From assembly GCF_020745735.1 (NCBI RefSeq), contig NC_083409.1, positions 6,747,534-6,811,533 of the forward strand: DNA of 64,000 bases, in the 5' to 3' direction. Below the pieces are notes generated by a model, which saw nothing but the letters and a program-made list of their open reading frames with translations, made no database searches and was not told where the DNA came from. Positions 1 to 13,849 of the stretch are shown here, piece after piece. This stretch comes from Hemiscyllium ocellatum (taxonomy: Eukaryota). The stretch's first letter is position 1; each line of letters starts with the position of its first letter. The translations under genes were made by a program, and so were the position numbers.

Positions 1-1770
1 AAAAGGAAATTAGGAGGGCAAAGAGGGACTATGAAATATCTTTGTGAAATAGGATCAATCAAAACCCCAAAGAATTTTATCTGTTTGTTAAGGGTAAGAG
101 GATGACCAGGGAAATAGTGGAATGAATTCGAGACCAATGGACATCGTATGGAGCCAATGGACACAACAGAGAAAGACTTTGTAGCTGGAGATTGTACTTC
201 TGGTAACGAGTTTCTAGATCATGATAAGATTAGTAAGAATGAAGTATTGCATGTTTTAGCGAGCATAAAGGTGCGTGAATGCCCAGAGCCTGATGAAATG
301 TATCCCAGGCTGCTCTGGGAGGCAAGGGACGTGATTGCTGGAACCCTGGGGGAGATATTCAATCTTTGTTGGCCACAGGTGAAGTGTCAGGTGACTGGAG
401 GATTGCTAACATGGTTCCTTTGTTCAAGAAGAGTGGCCGGGATAGGCCAGAAAATTATGGTCCAAATCATCTGATACCAGTGGGAGGGAAATTATTGAAA
501 ACAATTCTGAGGAACAGGATTAACCGACAATAGGAAAGACAGGGATGTAAGAGGGCAATCATGTCTGAATTTGTTAATTGAGTATTTTGAAAAGGTGAAT
601 AAACATATTGATGAGGTTGTGAAGTTGATGTGTTTATATGGACTTCAGTGAGGCCTTTGGAAGACTGGCCCAAAGGCTAAGAGCCCATTGGAATCCAAGG
701 CAGGTTAGGATCCAAAACCAGCATCCAAATAAGAGACAAAGAGGGATGGTGGAGGATTTGAGGCCTGTGACCAGTGTTGCACCGTAGGAGACAACGCTAG
801 GGCTCTTGATACTTGCTGTATACACGAACCACTGGATGTGATTGTATACGGTATAATTTGTAAATTTGTAGATGACATGAAATTTTTGGTGTTGTTAATA
901 TTGAGGAGGAAGGTTTCAGGCTGCAACCTGATATCATTCAGCTGGTAACCTGAACACAGCAATGGCAGATGGAATTTTATCCTGATAAATGTGAGGTGAT
1001 GCACGTTTGGAGACCTAGTAAGGGAAGGATATACACAATGAATGGTAGGTCCATAGGGAGTGCTGAGAATCAAAGGGAACTGAGCGTACAAATCCATAGA
1101 TTCCTGAAGGTGTACAGCACAGGGAGACAGGGTGGGAAGAAGGCATACGGGATGCGTGACTTGATCAGCTAGGTACAGAATATCGGAACAAGGAAGTTTG
1201 TTGCTACTTTACAGAGTCCTGATTAGGCCACAGCTGGAGTTCTGTGTGCAGTTCTGGTAACCACACTATCAGAAGTGCACACAGAGCATCCAGAGGAGAT
1301 ACACCAGGATGTTGCCTGGGATGGCAAGTCTCAGTTATAAAGAAAGACTGGATCAACTGGGTTTGCTTTCCCTGGAGCAGAGGAGGCTGAGGGATCCACC
1401 TGATTGAGGTACACAAAATTATGAAAGGCAAAGACAAAGTAGATCACGTGATTCTTTACCCTGTGGAAGACATATCTAAAACTAGAAGGCATAAGATTAA
1501 GGTGAAGATTAAGTGGTTTGGGAGGGATTTGAGAAAATATGTTTTCACCCAGATGATATAAATATGGTACTGGCTATCTGAGAGGGTAGTGAAGGCAGGT
1601 ACTCTCACAACATTTAAGAAGCATCCGGACAAGCACTTAAAATGCCAGGGCATAGTTGGCTATGGACCAAGTGCAGTTTCATGGGACTAGTGCAGTTTGG
1701 TGTTTGTTGGTCAGCACAGACATGGTGGGCCGGGAGGCCTGTTTCTGTGCTGTATCACCCCATAACTCTG
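1..1770 (+). mobile_element. CR1-clade LINE, degenerate ORF2 RT and 3' end (5' part outside window)
   Basis: Decayed CR1 RT motifs: ATGGACTTCAGTGAGGCCTTTG (MDFSKAFD-like, ~637), TTTGTAGATGAC (FADD-like, ~865) and MEFYPDKCEVMH (969). A CR1-type 3' tail lies near 1740-1770. Many stops and frameshifts. Confidence 0.9.
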
Positions 1771-1789
1771 GCTCTGCGTTGAAGACAGT

Positions 1790-3540
1790 GAAGCCTGTGA
1801 CAAAATTTGAAGAGAAGGATGTGGAAGCATTCCCCATGTTGTTTAAGAAGATAGCAACACAAGTGAGGTGGCCAAAAGCAGACTGGAGCTTGCCCATGCA
1901 AACTAAATGAACTGGCAAAGCACAAGAGATTTCTCCTCCTTGTCTGAGGAACAGTCGCAGGATCATGGGGAGGGGAAAAGGGCTATTCTAAACACACATG
2001 AGTCGGTCCCAGAAATAAACAGACAGATGTTACAGAACTTATGGAAACAATCTGGACAAACTTCTACTGAGTTTGGAAGAGTTCAACAAAATAATGCTGA
2101 CAAGTGGATAAGAGCGATAAAGGCTAAGAGTACTGACAATACTCTCAGAGAAATTATTCTTTGAGAAGAATTTATGACTTTCTTTCCTTCCAGAATCAAA
2201 ATTCTTGTCGAAGACCAAAGTCCAACAGCACGACAAGCAGCTACAACGATAACTGATCCAGAAACCTTTCTCTGTCAGCCCCGGAAATGGGAGAAAAATA
2301 AAATGTGGGAGAGTGTGAGGAAGGCAGGGAGCCAGGGGAGAGAATGGACAGGAGGGAACATTCCGAGAACTCCTCCTCAGATTAAGAAGGAAGTTGCTGA
2401 GGGTGGAAGTGATGATCAGAAGCTTAAATGTTGCTCTGCGAATAAGGTGGGCCATGTGCGTTTGGAATGTTGGAAATTGTGAGGTAGACCCACGGGACTT
2501 ACACGAGTTAGAAAAAAATGAGTCAGAGAAGGGAACACAGATAGATAATCCCACGGAGCAGGTTGTAGCTGTAACTATAACAAAAAGGCCGGAGGTGAAT
2601 TCTGTCAGGAAGTAAAGGAATTTGTTAAGTAGTTGTGAGGTGGACATGATTTTTATCAAAAGGAATGATGGCTCCTTTTTCTTCAGCTAAACCCAGAACC
2701 AACCTGAGAGATACAGGGTCAATACAATCACTTTTACTGGAGAAATAATTGATTTTCCTTTTAGAGAGCTCAATCGGAACTAAAGTATTAATCAATGAGA
2801 TTGGTGGAGAATACATTCCACAGCCTCAGACTGAACGGATGACACTTCAGAGCTGCGAAAAGCCAAACTTTTTTCAGAAAGTGAGTGGTGAACCTGTGAA
2901 TCTCACTGTCATTAAGAGTATTTAAGAATGAGATAGATAAGTTCTTACTTGGTAAGGAGATGGAGGGTAATGCAGAGAATAGAAGAGAATGGGGGTGAGA
3001 AAAAAATCAACCATGATCGAATGACAGTGTTGACTCGATGGTCTGGATGGCCTGATACTTCTCCAGTACATGGTTTGAAAAGTACACTTGGCTGTATTAC
3101 ATTAATTGAACATGATGTTGATGTAGTTAATTCTGTCCCAATAAAGAAAAACATTTTGCTTAAACCCAGAGAAATAGGTCAACGTAACAAAGGAACTTCA
3201 ATACATGATAGAGAATCAATTGATTAAACTTTCAGAGTAATTGGAGTTTTCCTGTGGTATTGGTCCCTAAACTAGACAGGTCAATTAGATTCTGTGTAGA
3301 CTATAGGAAACTGAATGCAGTAACAAAGATTGATTCATTCCCTATTCTCAGATAAGAAGATTGCATTGAAAGATTGATAGTGTATCAGTCTTGTGTAAAA
3401 TTGATTTGTTAAAGGGACATTGACAAGTACCGCTGACGACATGAACACACCTTCAGGATTAAACCAATGGGGAGTGATGCCATTTCAGTTTAAGAATGCT
3501 CCAGTTACATTTGAATGATTATTGTGAAAATGAACAAGGT
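1790..3540 (+). mobile_element. Ty3/Gypsy LTR-retrotransposon gag-pol remnant (disrupted; short CR1 3' fragment nested at ~2835-3060)
   Basis: Gag-like FEEKDVEAF..F.KIA...WPKADW (~1805), a degenerate zinc knuckle CCSANKVGHVRLECWK (~2430), and Gypsy RT motifs [35 protein letters not shown] (3242-3350), IDLLKG (~3402) and MPFQFKNAPVTF (~3478). In-frame stops are present. Confidence 0.88.
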
Positions 3541-3779
3541 CACATACCCTACATGACACTCCATCTGCACAACATTTCTCCATAGCCCAGCTGTATCTAA
3601 TATTCAACAGGATGGACCTTCATTGGGAAAGACGTTTGTAACTAGAATAATGACACATCTCTGAAAATCACATTAATAATCGTTTTTACTGAAGCTTTCA
3701 TTGCTTCTGTGTTGATTGACACAATGCTGTGGTATGGACTTTGCTACTGCACTTTCTCATCTAGGAGAAAGTGAGGACT

Positions 3780-3890
3780 GCAGATTCTGGAGATCAGAGC
3801 TGAAAATGTTTTGCTGGAAAAGCGCAGCAGGTCAGGGAGCATCCAAGGAGCAGGGGAATCAACGTTTCGGGCATGAGCCCTTCTTCTGTA
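3780..3890 (-). mobile_element. Short PLE-terminal-repeat-derived element with degenerate hammerhead motif
   Basis: Same family as the copies at 48923-49122 and 59609-59822. The minus strand reads CAGAAGA-A-GGGC-TCAT-GCCC-GAAACGTT (3888-3861). Confidence 0.7.
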
Positions 3891-4127
3891 ATGTCTTTTC
3901 TGCAATGGTTCACATTTACATCATCAAATGTCCAGTCCAAATATCCTGTCATTATTCGTCATGGGATTCACTGGAATTGGCTCAAATCGGACGCCCAGCA
4001 GCTCAACTGGAGAGAGGGATGGAGCTCAGAGAGAGACACACCGAGAAAGAGAGAGAGAGAGAGAGATGGAGTTCTGAGTGTGATGGTGTTAAAGGACATG
4101 TGTATCTGAGTTGAATTGGTGCACTGG

Positions 4128-4274
4128 CTGGAGACTGCACTGGATGAATGGGTCCTCTCACTGGAGACTGCACTGGATTAATGATTCTCTGGCTGGAGAC
4201 TGCACTGGATGAATGGTTCTCGAGCTGGAGACTGCACTGGATGAATGGGACAATGGCTGGAGACTGCACTGGAT
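4128..4274. repeat. Minisatellite, 5 units of 32-33 bp
   Basis: Core CTGGAGACTGCACTGGAT starts at 4128, 4161, 4193, 4225 and 4257, with partly conserved linkers. Confidence 0.9.
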
Positions 4275-4944
4275 GTGTCAGCCTCTGACTGCAAACATTG
4301 GGCCCTGGCTGATCCTTTCCCTGCATCAAGGAATCCAGTGGATTGTCACCATTGGACTCGATATTGGACAGAGACAGGTCCACTCCAGGTCATAGGGATC
4401 TCAGGCCGGGTTATGGGAGTGAGTGAGAATGCTGGATCTGAGAGAGGGATCTCCTCCAGAACCATCCAAATGTAACAATTGGTTTCCAATCAGACAGAGC
4501 CTTGTCAGGGAGGGAGGGAGGGAGTGGGTGTTGGTGCTGGGCACATGGTGTCCAAGAGGAGGAGTGGGCAGTTCCTGGTTAGAAACTGAAGCTTCTGCAG
4601 CTTCTCCTGGCTTCTAGCTCCATCATTAAATCAGGAGCAGTTTCAACAGAGGATCCCCATTTCTCATCAACACACACCAACACCATCATCAGAACAGAAG
4701 GAATAGAAACAGCAGGAGGCCATTCACCCCCTCCAGCCTGCTCCACTAAACTCCAGGAAATAATGCCACAATCAACTCCATCTCTCCTCATCAGAAAATA
4801 CCCTGATCCCTGGAATCAGTCTCGTAAATCTTAGTTGTGCTCCCTCCAAGGTTAATCCATCCTTCTATACGTAAGGAGACTGAAACCGGAACCAGTGCTC
4901 CATTTGGGGCCTCAACAAGGTCACATATAATTGGTATAAGAGCC

Positions 4945-5030
4945 AAATTGTGTGGCACTAGAAATGCACAACTGATGAGGAGCAGGAGGGTTGACAGTTT
5001 GGGCATATGCCCTTCCTCAGGAATGGAGAG
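4945..5030 (-). mobile_element. Degenerate copy of the hammerhead-bearing short element
   Basis: The minus strand 5020-4993 reads CTGAGGA-A-GGGC-ATAT-GCCC-AAACTGTC. The flanking GAGGAGCAGGAG matches the family. Confidence 0.55.
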
Positions 5031-5059
5031 GTGCAATAAGATCTGGGTGTCCTTGTACA

Positions 5060-6700
5060 TCACTCACTGACAGTAAGTCTGTAGGAGCAGCAGGCAGTGA
5101 AGAAGGTAAATGGTATGTTAGTTTTTATAGTGACAGGGTTTGAGTACATGAGCAAGGATGTGCTGTTGCAATTGTACAGCGCTTGGGTGAGATCGCACCA
5201 GGAGTATTTAATCCAAAATTGGCTCAGTTAAAGGAGATAAGAGGGTGGAGGCAGAAAGTTGTCTGTGTCACCCCAGTACAGCGTGCAGTGGGATACCACA
5301 GGGATCAGTGCTAAGTCCCTTTTTCTGATATTTGGAAACAATGTTGATGAGATTGTTGATAACAAAGTTTGCAGATGACAATAAGATTATGGACGATTGA
5401 TAGCGAATAAGAAGGTTTTAGATGGCAGTAAGATATAATTGGATTGGTCAGATGGGAAGATCCGAGGCGGATAGAATTTAACTCTGATAAATGTGAGGTG
5501 ATGAACTTTGGAAGATGTAACATGTCAATAGAGCAGTTATGAAGGCGTACAGGTCACTTGCTTTTATTATTTCAGGCATAGAACATTGTGGATATGTTGG
5601 AGCTATACAGACCTTTGCTTTGGTCACAGATGGAGTGCTGTGTGAAGTTGTGGACACCACACTATAAGAAGGATGTGAATGTACTGGAGGGAGTGCACAG
5701 GAGATTGACCAGGAAGTTGCCTCGGATGGAGCATTTCAGCGATGAGGAGAGGCTGGACAAGCTCCTGCTTTGGTGCTGAGAAGGTTGAGGGGAAACATAA
5801 TAGAGAGGTAAAAGATTACGAGGGGAATAGGCAACATGAATAGAAAGCAGTTTTTCTCTTAGTTGAAGAGTCAATAACAAATTGGCACATATTCAAAGTG
5901 AAAGGCAGAAGATTCAGAGGGGATTCATGAAGCACAGTTTCACTCAGAGGGTGGTGGGGCTCTGAAACACAGTGCCTGGGGAGGCTTGTCGAAATGGGTA
6001 ACCTCACAGCCTTTAGAAAATACTTGGATGAACACTTGAAATGTCATAGCTTTCTGGGCTGTGGGTCTTGTGTTGGAATGTGAGGCTACAATAGGTTTAG
6101 TGTAGTTTTATGGACTGAAGGACCTCTTCTCTAATGTGTAATTTTATGATTCTGTTGTGTGCAGTTGCAATTTCCTGATCTGAGGAAGGATGTTCTGGCT
6201 GTGGAGGGAGGGCAGCGAAGGTTTACCAGGTTGATTCCTGGGAAGACAGCACTTGGATCTGAGGAGAAACTGGATTGGTAAGTATTATATTCATTGGAAT
6301 GTCAAAGATTGATGAGATTTCATTGAAACCTATACAATCCTAACAGAACAAGACAGGATAAACTCAGGAAGGATGTTCCTGATGACTCGGGAGGCCAGAA
6401 CCAGGGATTAGAGTTCAAGGAAATAGAAAAGGCCATTTAGGACCGAGGTGAGGAGACATGTGTTTGTCCAGAGAATAGAAAGCCTGTGACATTTTCTGAC
6501 ACAGAAAGTGGTTGGACACAAAATATTGACTGTTTTCAAAAAGGAGCTTGATATAGTTCTTAAGAATTAAGGGATCAAAGAGTTTGAGGAGAAAACAAGA
6601 ATCATGGTTTGATTTGGATGATCAGCCATAGTCAGATAGAATGGTAGAGCAGGCTTGAATGGCTGAATGGCCTACTCTTGCTCCTAGTTTCTATGCTTCT
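5060..6700 (+). mobile_element. CR1 LINE 3' fragments (at least two)
   Basis: GTTTGCAGATGACAATAAG (FADD, ~5368), LWTPHYKKDVNVLEGVHRR (5588 ORF), and CR1 3' tails at ~6110-6150 and ~6660-6700. Confidence 0.8.
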
Positions 6701-8149
6701 ATGTTTGAGATGCCGTTCATCAATGTGGAAACATGTGGGATTTGGGAACATCATTTGTCTTGGGTCAGAAATTAGTTTGGAGTTGGGAGACAGATTGGAA
6801 GAATAATGTGTGTCCTCCAATGAGCAAGATGTGAATGGTGGTGTCCTTGGGGTTCTGTGCTGGGACCTCAGCATTTCATGATTTTTCTCAATAATTTGGA
6901 TGAAGGAATGGAAAGTCATTATCCAAGATTGCTGACCACACTGAGTGAGGCAGCTCGGATGAGGTCGCAGAGGCAGAGAGGGTGAAGGATAAGGAGGGGT
7001 TTGAGAACAAGCATGAGAATTTGAAAATTGAGATTTTGTCGGACTAGAAACCATTGTAGGTCAGAAAGGGGATGGAGAAATAGGACTTGGTGCAAGTTCA
7101 GATACTGTCAGTAGAGTTTGGATGTGCTGAAGTTTTGCTAGAGTGATGGCAGTGATGTGGGCCAGTTACATGGATGGAATAAGTACAGAGGGATATGGAC
7201 CAAATGCGAGCAAATGGGACTAGATTAATTGTGAAAATTGGGTGACATAGACAGGTTTTGCCAAAGGGCCTGTTTCCATGTTCTAAACCTCTATGATTCT
7301 GTGACAAGACCAGAATGGTCATGTTTGGAGTACCCATGACATGGCTGAGATTTTCAGTGGCTGATCTTTGTGATGTGAAGGATGTGGGGCTCAGATTAGC
7401 CTCAAAGATGAGGCCAAGCATGTAAAGAGTCTGGTTGAGCAGCAGACTGTGCTCAGGGAGAGTGATGGAGTTTGGACTAGGAGCTGAAGAAGATGGCTTT
7501 GATCTTCCCAATGTGTTTCACAATGATCCTGGCTCCTCAGTCCTGACTGCTCTTAGTTGCTGTGATTGTCACTGATTGGACACTTATTATTAGAGATTCT
7601 GACCACAGCAGAAAGCCCCAGTGTAAAAAAATAACTGCAAAGACTGTCAGATCGCAAGGTTGAAACTTCACCAAGAGAGGAAGTGAAAGAAGGAGCTCGG
7701 GGCAGCTGGACGTTTGTTACTGAGACGAGAGAAAACTGTGAACGGTCTGCACTCCCTGGAATCTGACAGCACAGGAGGAGGCTATTCAGCTCATCGTGCC
7801 TGTGACTGATCCAATTAGTCCCATTGACCCTCTCTCTCCCCCTAATCAACTAATCTTTCCTTTTTAGCTTGATCACTAATTCCTTCGTATCGACCTGGGG
7901 CCACAGAATGAGACTGCACTGAAACTGGGCTCCAAAGTGGCATCTCATTCATTCATTGGGAGATAAGCTGCCTGGGCTGGGAAATGGAGCTCAGGACCCT
8001 GAACATTCCCTGTCCCCTCCTGAGGGATACTTTAGGTTGGGGCACAGTCCATGGAATGCGACAGTACATTCCTACCTCACCCATTTCCCCACTGTGTGTG
8101 TGTGAGGCTGGAGCCTGCAGAAGCCATTGACATTTTAGATCATCGAACA

Positions 8150-10025
8150 TAAAACATGGAACTTAGAACAGTGCAGTCCAGTACAGGCCCTTCAGCCCAT
8201 GGTAATGTGCTGAGCATTTATCTTAATCTAAGGTCAACCTAACCTACACACCCTTCAATTTACTACCATTCTTGTGCTTCTCCTGCATTCACTTAAAAGT
8301 CCCTAATGTCTCTGACTCTACGACCACCACTGTCAGTGTATTCCACATACATACCACTCTCCGAATAAAGAACCTACCTCTGACATCTCCCCTAAACCTT
8401 CCTCCAGTCACCTTACATTATGTTCCCTCATGATAGCCATTTCTGCCCTGGGGAAAAATCTCTGGCAATCTATTCTATCTATGTCTCTGATTAAATTACA
8501 CACCTCTCTCAAGTCACCTTTCTTCCTTTTTCTCTACAGTGTGTAAAATCCCAGCTCACTCAACCTCTCTTCATAAAACAAGCTCTCCAATCCAGACAGA
8601 ATTCTGGTAAATCTCCTCTGCATTGTCTCTAAAGCATCAACATCCTTGTTATAATTAAGCAACCAAAACTGGATACAATATTCGAAGTGTGGTCCAATCC
8701 GGGTTTTACAGAGCTGCAGCAAAACATCGCAACACTTAAACTCAATCCCCTTGTTAATTAAAGCTAAAACACCAAATGGCTTCTTAACAACCCTATCAAC
8801 TTGGGTGGCAACTTTGAGGGATCTATCTACGTGAACCCCAAGATTCCACTATTCCACACTGCCAAATATCCTGTCTTCAGCATTCAAATTCAAAATTCCA
8901 AAAAGAATCACTTCACATTTATTCAGGTTGAACTCCATCTGCCACTTCTCAGCCCAGCTCTACATCCTGTCTATGTCTTGTTGTCGCCTGAAACAGCCCG
9001 CAATACTGTCTACAACACCACTGACCTTTGCATCATCATCAAACTTACTAGCCCACTCTTCCACTTCTTCATCCAAATCATTTATAAAAACTAAAAAGAG
9101 CAGAGACCCAAGAAGAGATCCCTGTGGAACACCACTGGTCACCGACCTCCAGGTGGAATACATTCAATCCACTGCCACTCTCTGTCTGCTTTTGGCCAGC
9201 CAATTCTGTGTCCAAAGAACCAAATTCCCCTGTATCCCATAACTCCTAACTTTATGAATGAGCCGACTGTGGGGAACCTTATTAAATGCCTTACTGAAAT
9301 CCATGTACACCACATCCACTGCTCAACCTTCATCAACTTGACTCGTCATTCTCTCAAAGAAATCAGTAAGTCTTGTAAGGCATGACCTGTCCCTCACAAA
9401 GCCATGTTGACTATCTTTAGTCCAACTATGTTTTTCCAACTAGTCATAAATCCTATCTCTCAGAATCCATTCCAGTACCTTTCTTACCACAGACAAAAGA
9501 TTGACTGGATTGTAATTCCCAGGGGTTTCCCTATTCCCTTTCTTGAACAGAGGAACAACATTTGCCTCTCTCCAATCAGCCAGTATTACTCCTGCGGACA
9601 GTGAGGACGCAAAGATCATCGCCAGAGGTGCAGCAATCTCATTCCTCGCTATCTGTAGTAACCTTAGATACATCTGGTCTGGTCCTAGTGATTTATCTAT
9701 CTTGATGCTTCCCAGAAATTCCAGCACATCCAATTTCTTAATATCAATCTGTTCAAGCCTATTAACCTGGCCCACAGTGTTCTCACTATGAACACAGAGC
9801 CTGTCTCTTGTGAACACTGAAGAAAAAAAACTCACTATGGCCTCCCCTACCTCTTCCAATTCCAGGCATGAGTTCCCTCCATTACCCCTGATCAGCTCTA
9901 CCCTCTCTCTGGTCATTTTTATATCCGTCATGTAAATGTAGAATGCATTTGGGATTTCCCTAATCCTTCCCGCCAAGGTTTGATCATGCTCCTTCCTCCA
10001 TTTCTGAGTTCATTCCTAGTCATTC
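8150..10025 (-). mobile_element. CR1 LINE ORF2 (RT) to 3' end
   Basis: Minus-strand ORFs contain GVPQGSLLGSLLFLVFINDLD..SKFDDDAK, MDFSKAF (in the WISVRHL frame) and WREANVVPLFKKG. Confidence 0.9.
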
Positions 10026-10054
10026 TGTAATCCCCAAACCAGTGTCAGATAGCG

Positions 10055-13000
10055 TCATAGAGTCATAGAGATGTCTAGCATGGAAACAGACCCTTCGGTC
10101 CAACCTGTCCACGCCGACCAGATATCCCAACCCAATCTAGTCCCACTTGCCAGCACCCAGACCAGATCCCTCCAAACCCTGCCTCTTCATATACCCATCC
10201 AAATGCCTCTTAAATGTTGCAATTGTACCAGCCTCCACCACATCCTCTGGCAGCTCATTCCATACACATACCACCCTCTGCATGAAAAAGTTGCCCCTTA
10301 GGTCTCTTTTATATCTTTCCCTTCTCACCCTAAACCTATGCCCTCTAGTTCTGGACTCTCTGATCCAAGGGAAAATACTTTGTCTATATATCCTATCCAT
10401 ACCCCTCATAATTTTGTAAACCTCTATATGGTCACCCCTCAGCCTCCGACACTCCAGGGAAAACAGCCCCAGCTTGTTCAGCCTCTCCCTATAGCTCAAA
10501 CCCTCCAACCCTGGCAACATCCTTGTAAATCTTTTCTGAACCCTTTCAAGTTTCACAACATCTTTCCGATAGGAAGGAGACAAGAATTGCATGCAATATT
10601 CCAACAAAGGCCGAACCAATGCCGCTAATGACCTCCCAACACCTGTACTCAATAGTCTGACCAGTAAAGGAAAGCATACCAAACACCTTCTTCACTATCC
10701 TATCTACCTGCAACTCCACTTTCAAGGAGCTATGAACCTGCACTCCAAGGTCTCTTTGTTCAGCAACACTCGCTAGGACCTTACCATTAAGTGTATAAGT
10801 TCCCAAAATGCAGCACCTTGCATTTATCTCAATTAAACTCCATCTGCTACTTCTCAGCCCATTGGCCCATCTGGACCAAATCCTGTTGTAATCTGAGGTA
10901 ACCCTCTTCGCTGTTCACTACACCTCCAATTTTGGTGTCATCTGCAAATTTACTAACTGTACCTCTTATGCTCGCATCCAAATCATTCATGTAAATGTAA
11001 AATAATAGAGGACCCAGCACTGATCCTTGTGGCACACCACTGGTCACAGGCTTGCAGTCTGAAAAACAACCCTCCACCACCCTCTGTCATCTACCTTTGA
11101 GTCAGTTCTGTATCCAAATGGCTGGTTCTCCCTTTATTCCATGAGATCTAATCTTGCTTATCCGTCCCCCATGGGGAACGTTGTCGAATCCCTTACTGAA
11201 GTGCATATAGATCACATCTACTGCTCTGCCCTAATCAACCTTCTTTGTTACTTCTTCAAAAAACTCAGTCAAGTTTGTGAGACATGATTTCCCACGCACA
11301 AAGCCATGTTGACCAACCCTAATCAGTCTTGCCTTTCCAAATACATCTACATCCTGTCCCTCAGGATTCCCTCCAACAACTTGCCCACCACCGAGATCAG
11401 TCTCACCAGTGTATAGTTCCCTGGCTTTCCCTTGCCACCCTTCTTAATCAGTGGCACCACGTTTGCCAACCTCCAGTCTTCCAGCACCTGACCTGTGACT
11501 ATGGATGATACAAATATCTCAGCAAGAGGCCCAGCAATCACTTCTCTAGCTTCTCACTGAGTTCTTGGGTACACCTGATCAGGTCCTGGGGATTTATCCA
11601 CCTTTAACCGTTTCAAGACATCCAGCACTTACTCTTCTGTAATTTGGACGTTCTGCAAGATGTCACCATCTATTTCCCTATCGTCTATATCCTCCATATC
11701 CTTTTCCACAATAAATACTGATGCAAAATATTCATTTAGTATCTCCCCCATTTTCTGTGGCACCACATAAAGGCTGCCTTGCTGATCTTTGCGTGGCCCT
11801 ATTCTCTCCCTAGTTACCCTTTTGTCCTTAATATATTTGTAAATACCCCTTGGATTCTCCTTAATTCTATTTGCAAACGCTACCTCATGTTCCATTTTTG
11901 CCCTCCTGATTTCCCTCTTAAGTATACTCCTACTTCCTTTATACTCTTCTAAGGATTCACTTGATCTATCCTGTTTATAACTGACATATGCCTCCTTCTT
12001 TTTCTTAATCAAACCCTCAATTTCTTTAGTCATCCAGCATTCCCTATACCTACCATCCGTCCCCTTCACCTGACAGGAATATACTTTCTCTGGATTCTTG
12101 TTATCTCATTTCTGAAGGCTTCCCATTTTCCAGCCGTCCCTTTATCTGTGAACATCTGCCTCCAATCAGCTTTCGAATGTTCTTGCCTAATACCGTCAAA
12201 ATTGGCCTTCCTCCAATTTAGAACTTTAACTTTTAGATCTTGTCTATCCTTTTCCATCATGATTTTAAAACAAATAGAATTATGGTCGCTGGCCCCAAAG
12301 TGCTCCCCAGTGACACCTCAGTTACCTGCCCTGCCTTATTCCCCAAGAAGAGTAGGTCAAGTTTGCACCTTCTCTGGTAGGTACATCCACATACTGAATC
12401 AGAAAATTGTCTTGTATGCACTTAAGAAATTCCTCACCATCTAAACCTTTAACACTATGGCAGTCCCAGTCGATGTTTGGAAATTTAAAATCCCTGACCA
12501 TAACTATCCTGTTATTCTTACCCATAGCTGAGATCTCCTCACAAGTTTGTTTCTCAATTTCTCTCTGACTATTAGGGGGTCTATAATACAATCCCAATCA
12601 GGTGATCATCCCTTTCTTATTTTTCAGTTCCCAACCTTGCTTCCTCAAACTGAAGTAAGCTTCCTTCATCCTCTTGACAAGAAGCTCCTCCTCTCTTGTC
12701 ATCTAAGGTTCCTTCACCTTACCATTCTTGTCTCAGTGGAACAAAGTTATCCAACACTCGCAACAAGTGCTCCCAAACGGCATCCACAATTCTGTTGTGC
12801 TGGTCCCATAGAACAATTGTTCCTAATTTATACTCCACAGCTCTTGTTTAACAGCAATATAATTCCCCCCTCCCTCGTTACTATCTTCCCATATGGTCTG
12901 TTCCTATCCCTCCCCATGGTTATGGTAAAGGTGAGGCAGTTGTGGTCACTACCACTGAAATGTTCTCCCACCAAAAGATGTGACACCTGAACTGACTAAT

Positions 13001-13750
13001 TCCTAGCACCAAATCTAATATGGCCTCCCTCCTAATCATCCTATCTGCATATTGCATCAGGAATTCTACTTGGATACACCTGAAGAAATCGGCTCCATCC
13101 AGGAAATCTGCACTAAGGAGGTCCCAATAAATATTGGGGAAGTTGAAGTCACTCATAACAACAACTCGGTTACATCTGTAGCTTTCAAAGATCTGCTGTC
13201 CAATCTGTTCTACCATCTCTCTGCTCCCATTTGGGAGTCTATCAAAAACACCCAACAAAGTGATTGCTCACCCTAAACCCTCCCCAATAACCTGCTTTGC
13301 TGCAGCTTTGGTGCACTCTCTAATTAATAATGCTGCCCCCCTCCTCTTTTACACCCCTCCCTGTTCTTTCTAAAAGACCTGAACCCCGGAACAACCAGCA
13401 ATCATTCCTGCCCCTGTGAAATCCATGTGTCTGTTATAGCCATAGCATCATAGTTCCAAGTACTGATCCATGCTCTAAGTATATCACTCTTATTGCTGAC
13501 ACACCTTGCATTCAAACAGACATGTATTAACTCATCAACTGTATATCCTTCTTTACAGACGCTCTGCATTCTATTTCTGCGCATTCAACTACTACCTTCA
13601 ATAGCTGGTTGAAACCCTCGCAAAGTGCTCGAGCAATTCTCCCATCCAGGACATGTTGTCTCTCCAGTTTAAGTGCAAACCATCCTTCATGTCCAGGTCC
13701 CAACTTCCCCAGAAGGTACCTAATCATTTACGGATCTGAATTATGACCAA
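10055..13750 (-). mobile_element. Near-full-length CR1 LINE ORF2 (APE endonuclease and RT), composite and degenerate
   Basis: APE motifs CLNARCVSNK..WNYDAMAITDTW (13402-13584) and GLYYRPPNS..DFKFPNIDW (12322-12597). RT motif GVPQGSVLGPLLF..NDLD..SKFADDTK (10847-11080). The CATAGAGT repeat tail is at ~10056. Confidence 0.92.
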
Positions 13751-13849
13751 TTCTGACCACACCTGCTTCCCATAAGCATTGAGCTCAGTACTAATATACA
13801 AACAGTCCATCGTCTCAGTGGTGTAAGACAGTGAAGGGACCTGGAGGCT

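Noticed and set aside
4128-4274. Repeat-linker array superficially like a mini-CRISPR
   Set aside because: The context is eukaryotic with no cas genes. The 14-15 bp linkers are short and resemble each other, so it is a minisatellite.
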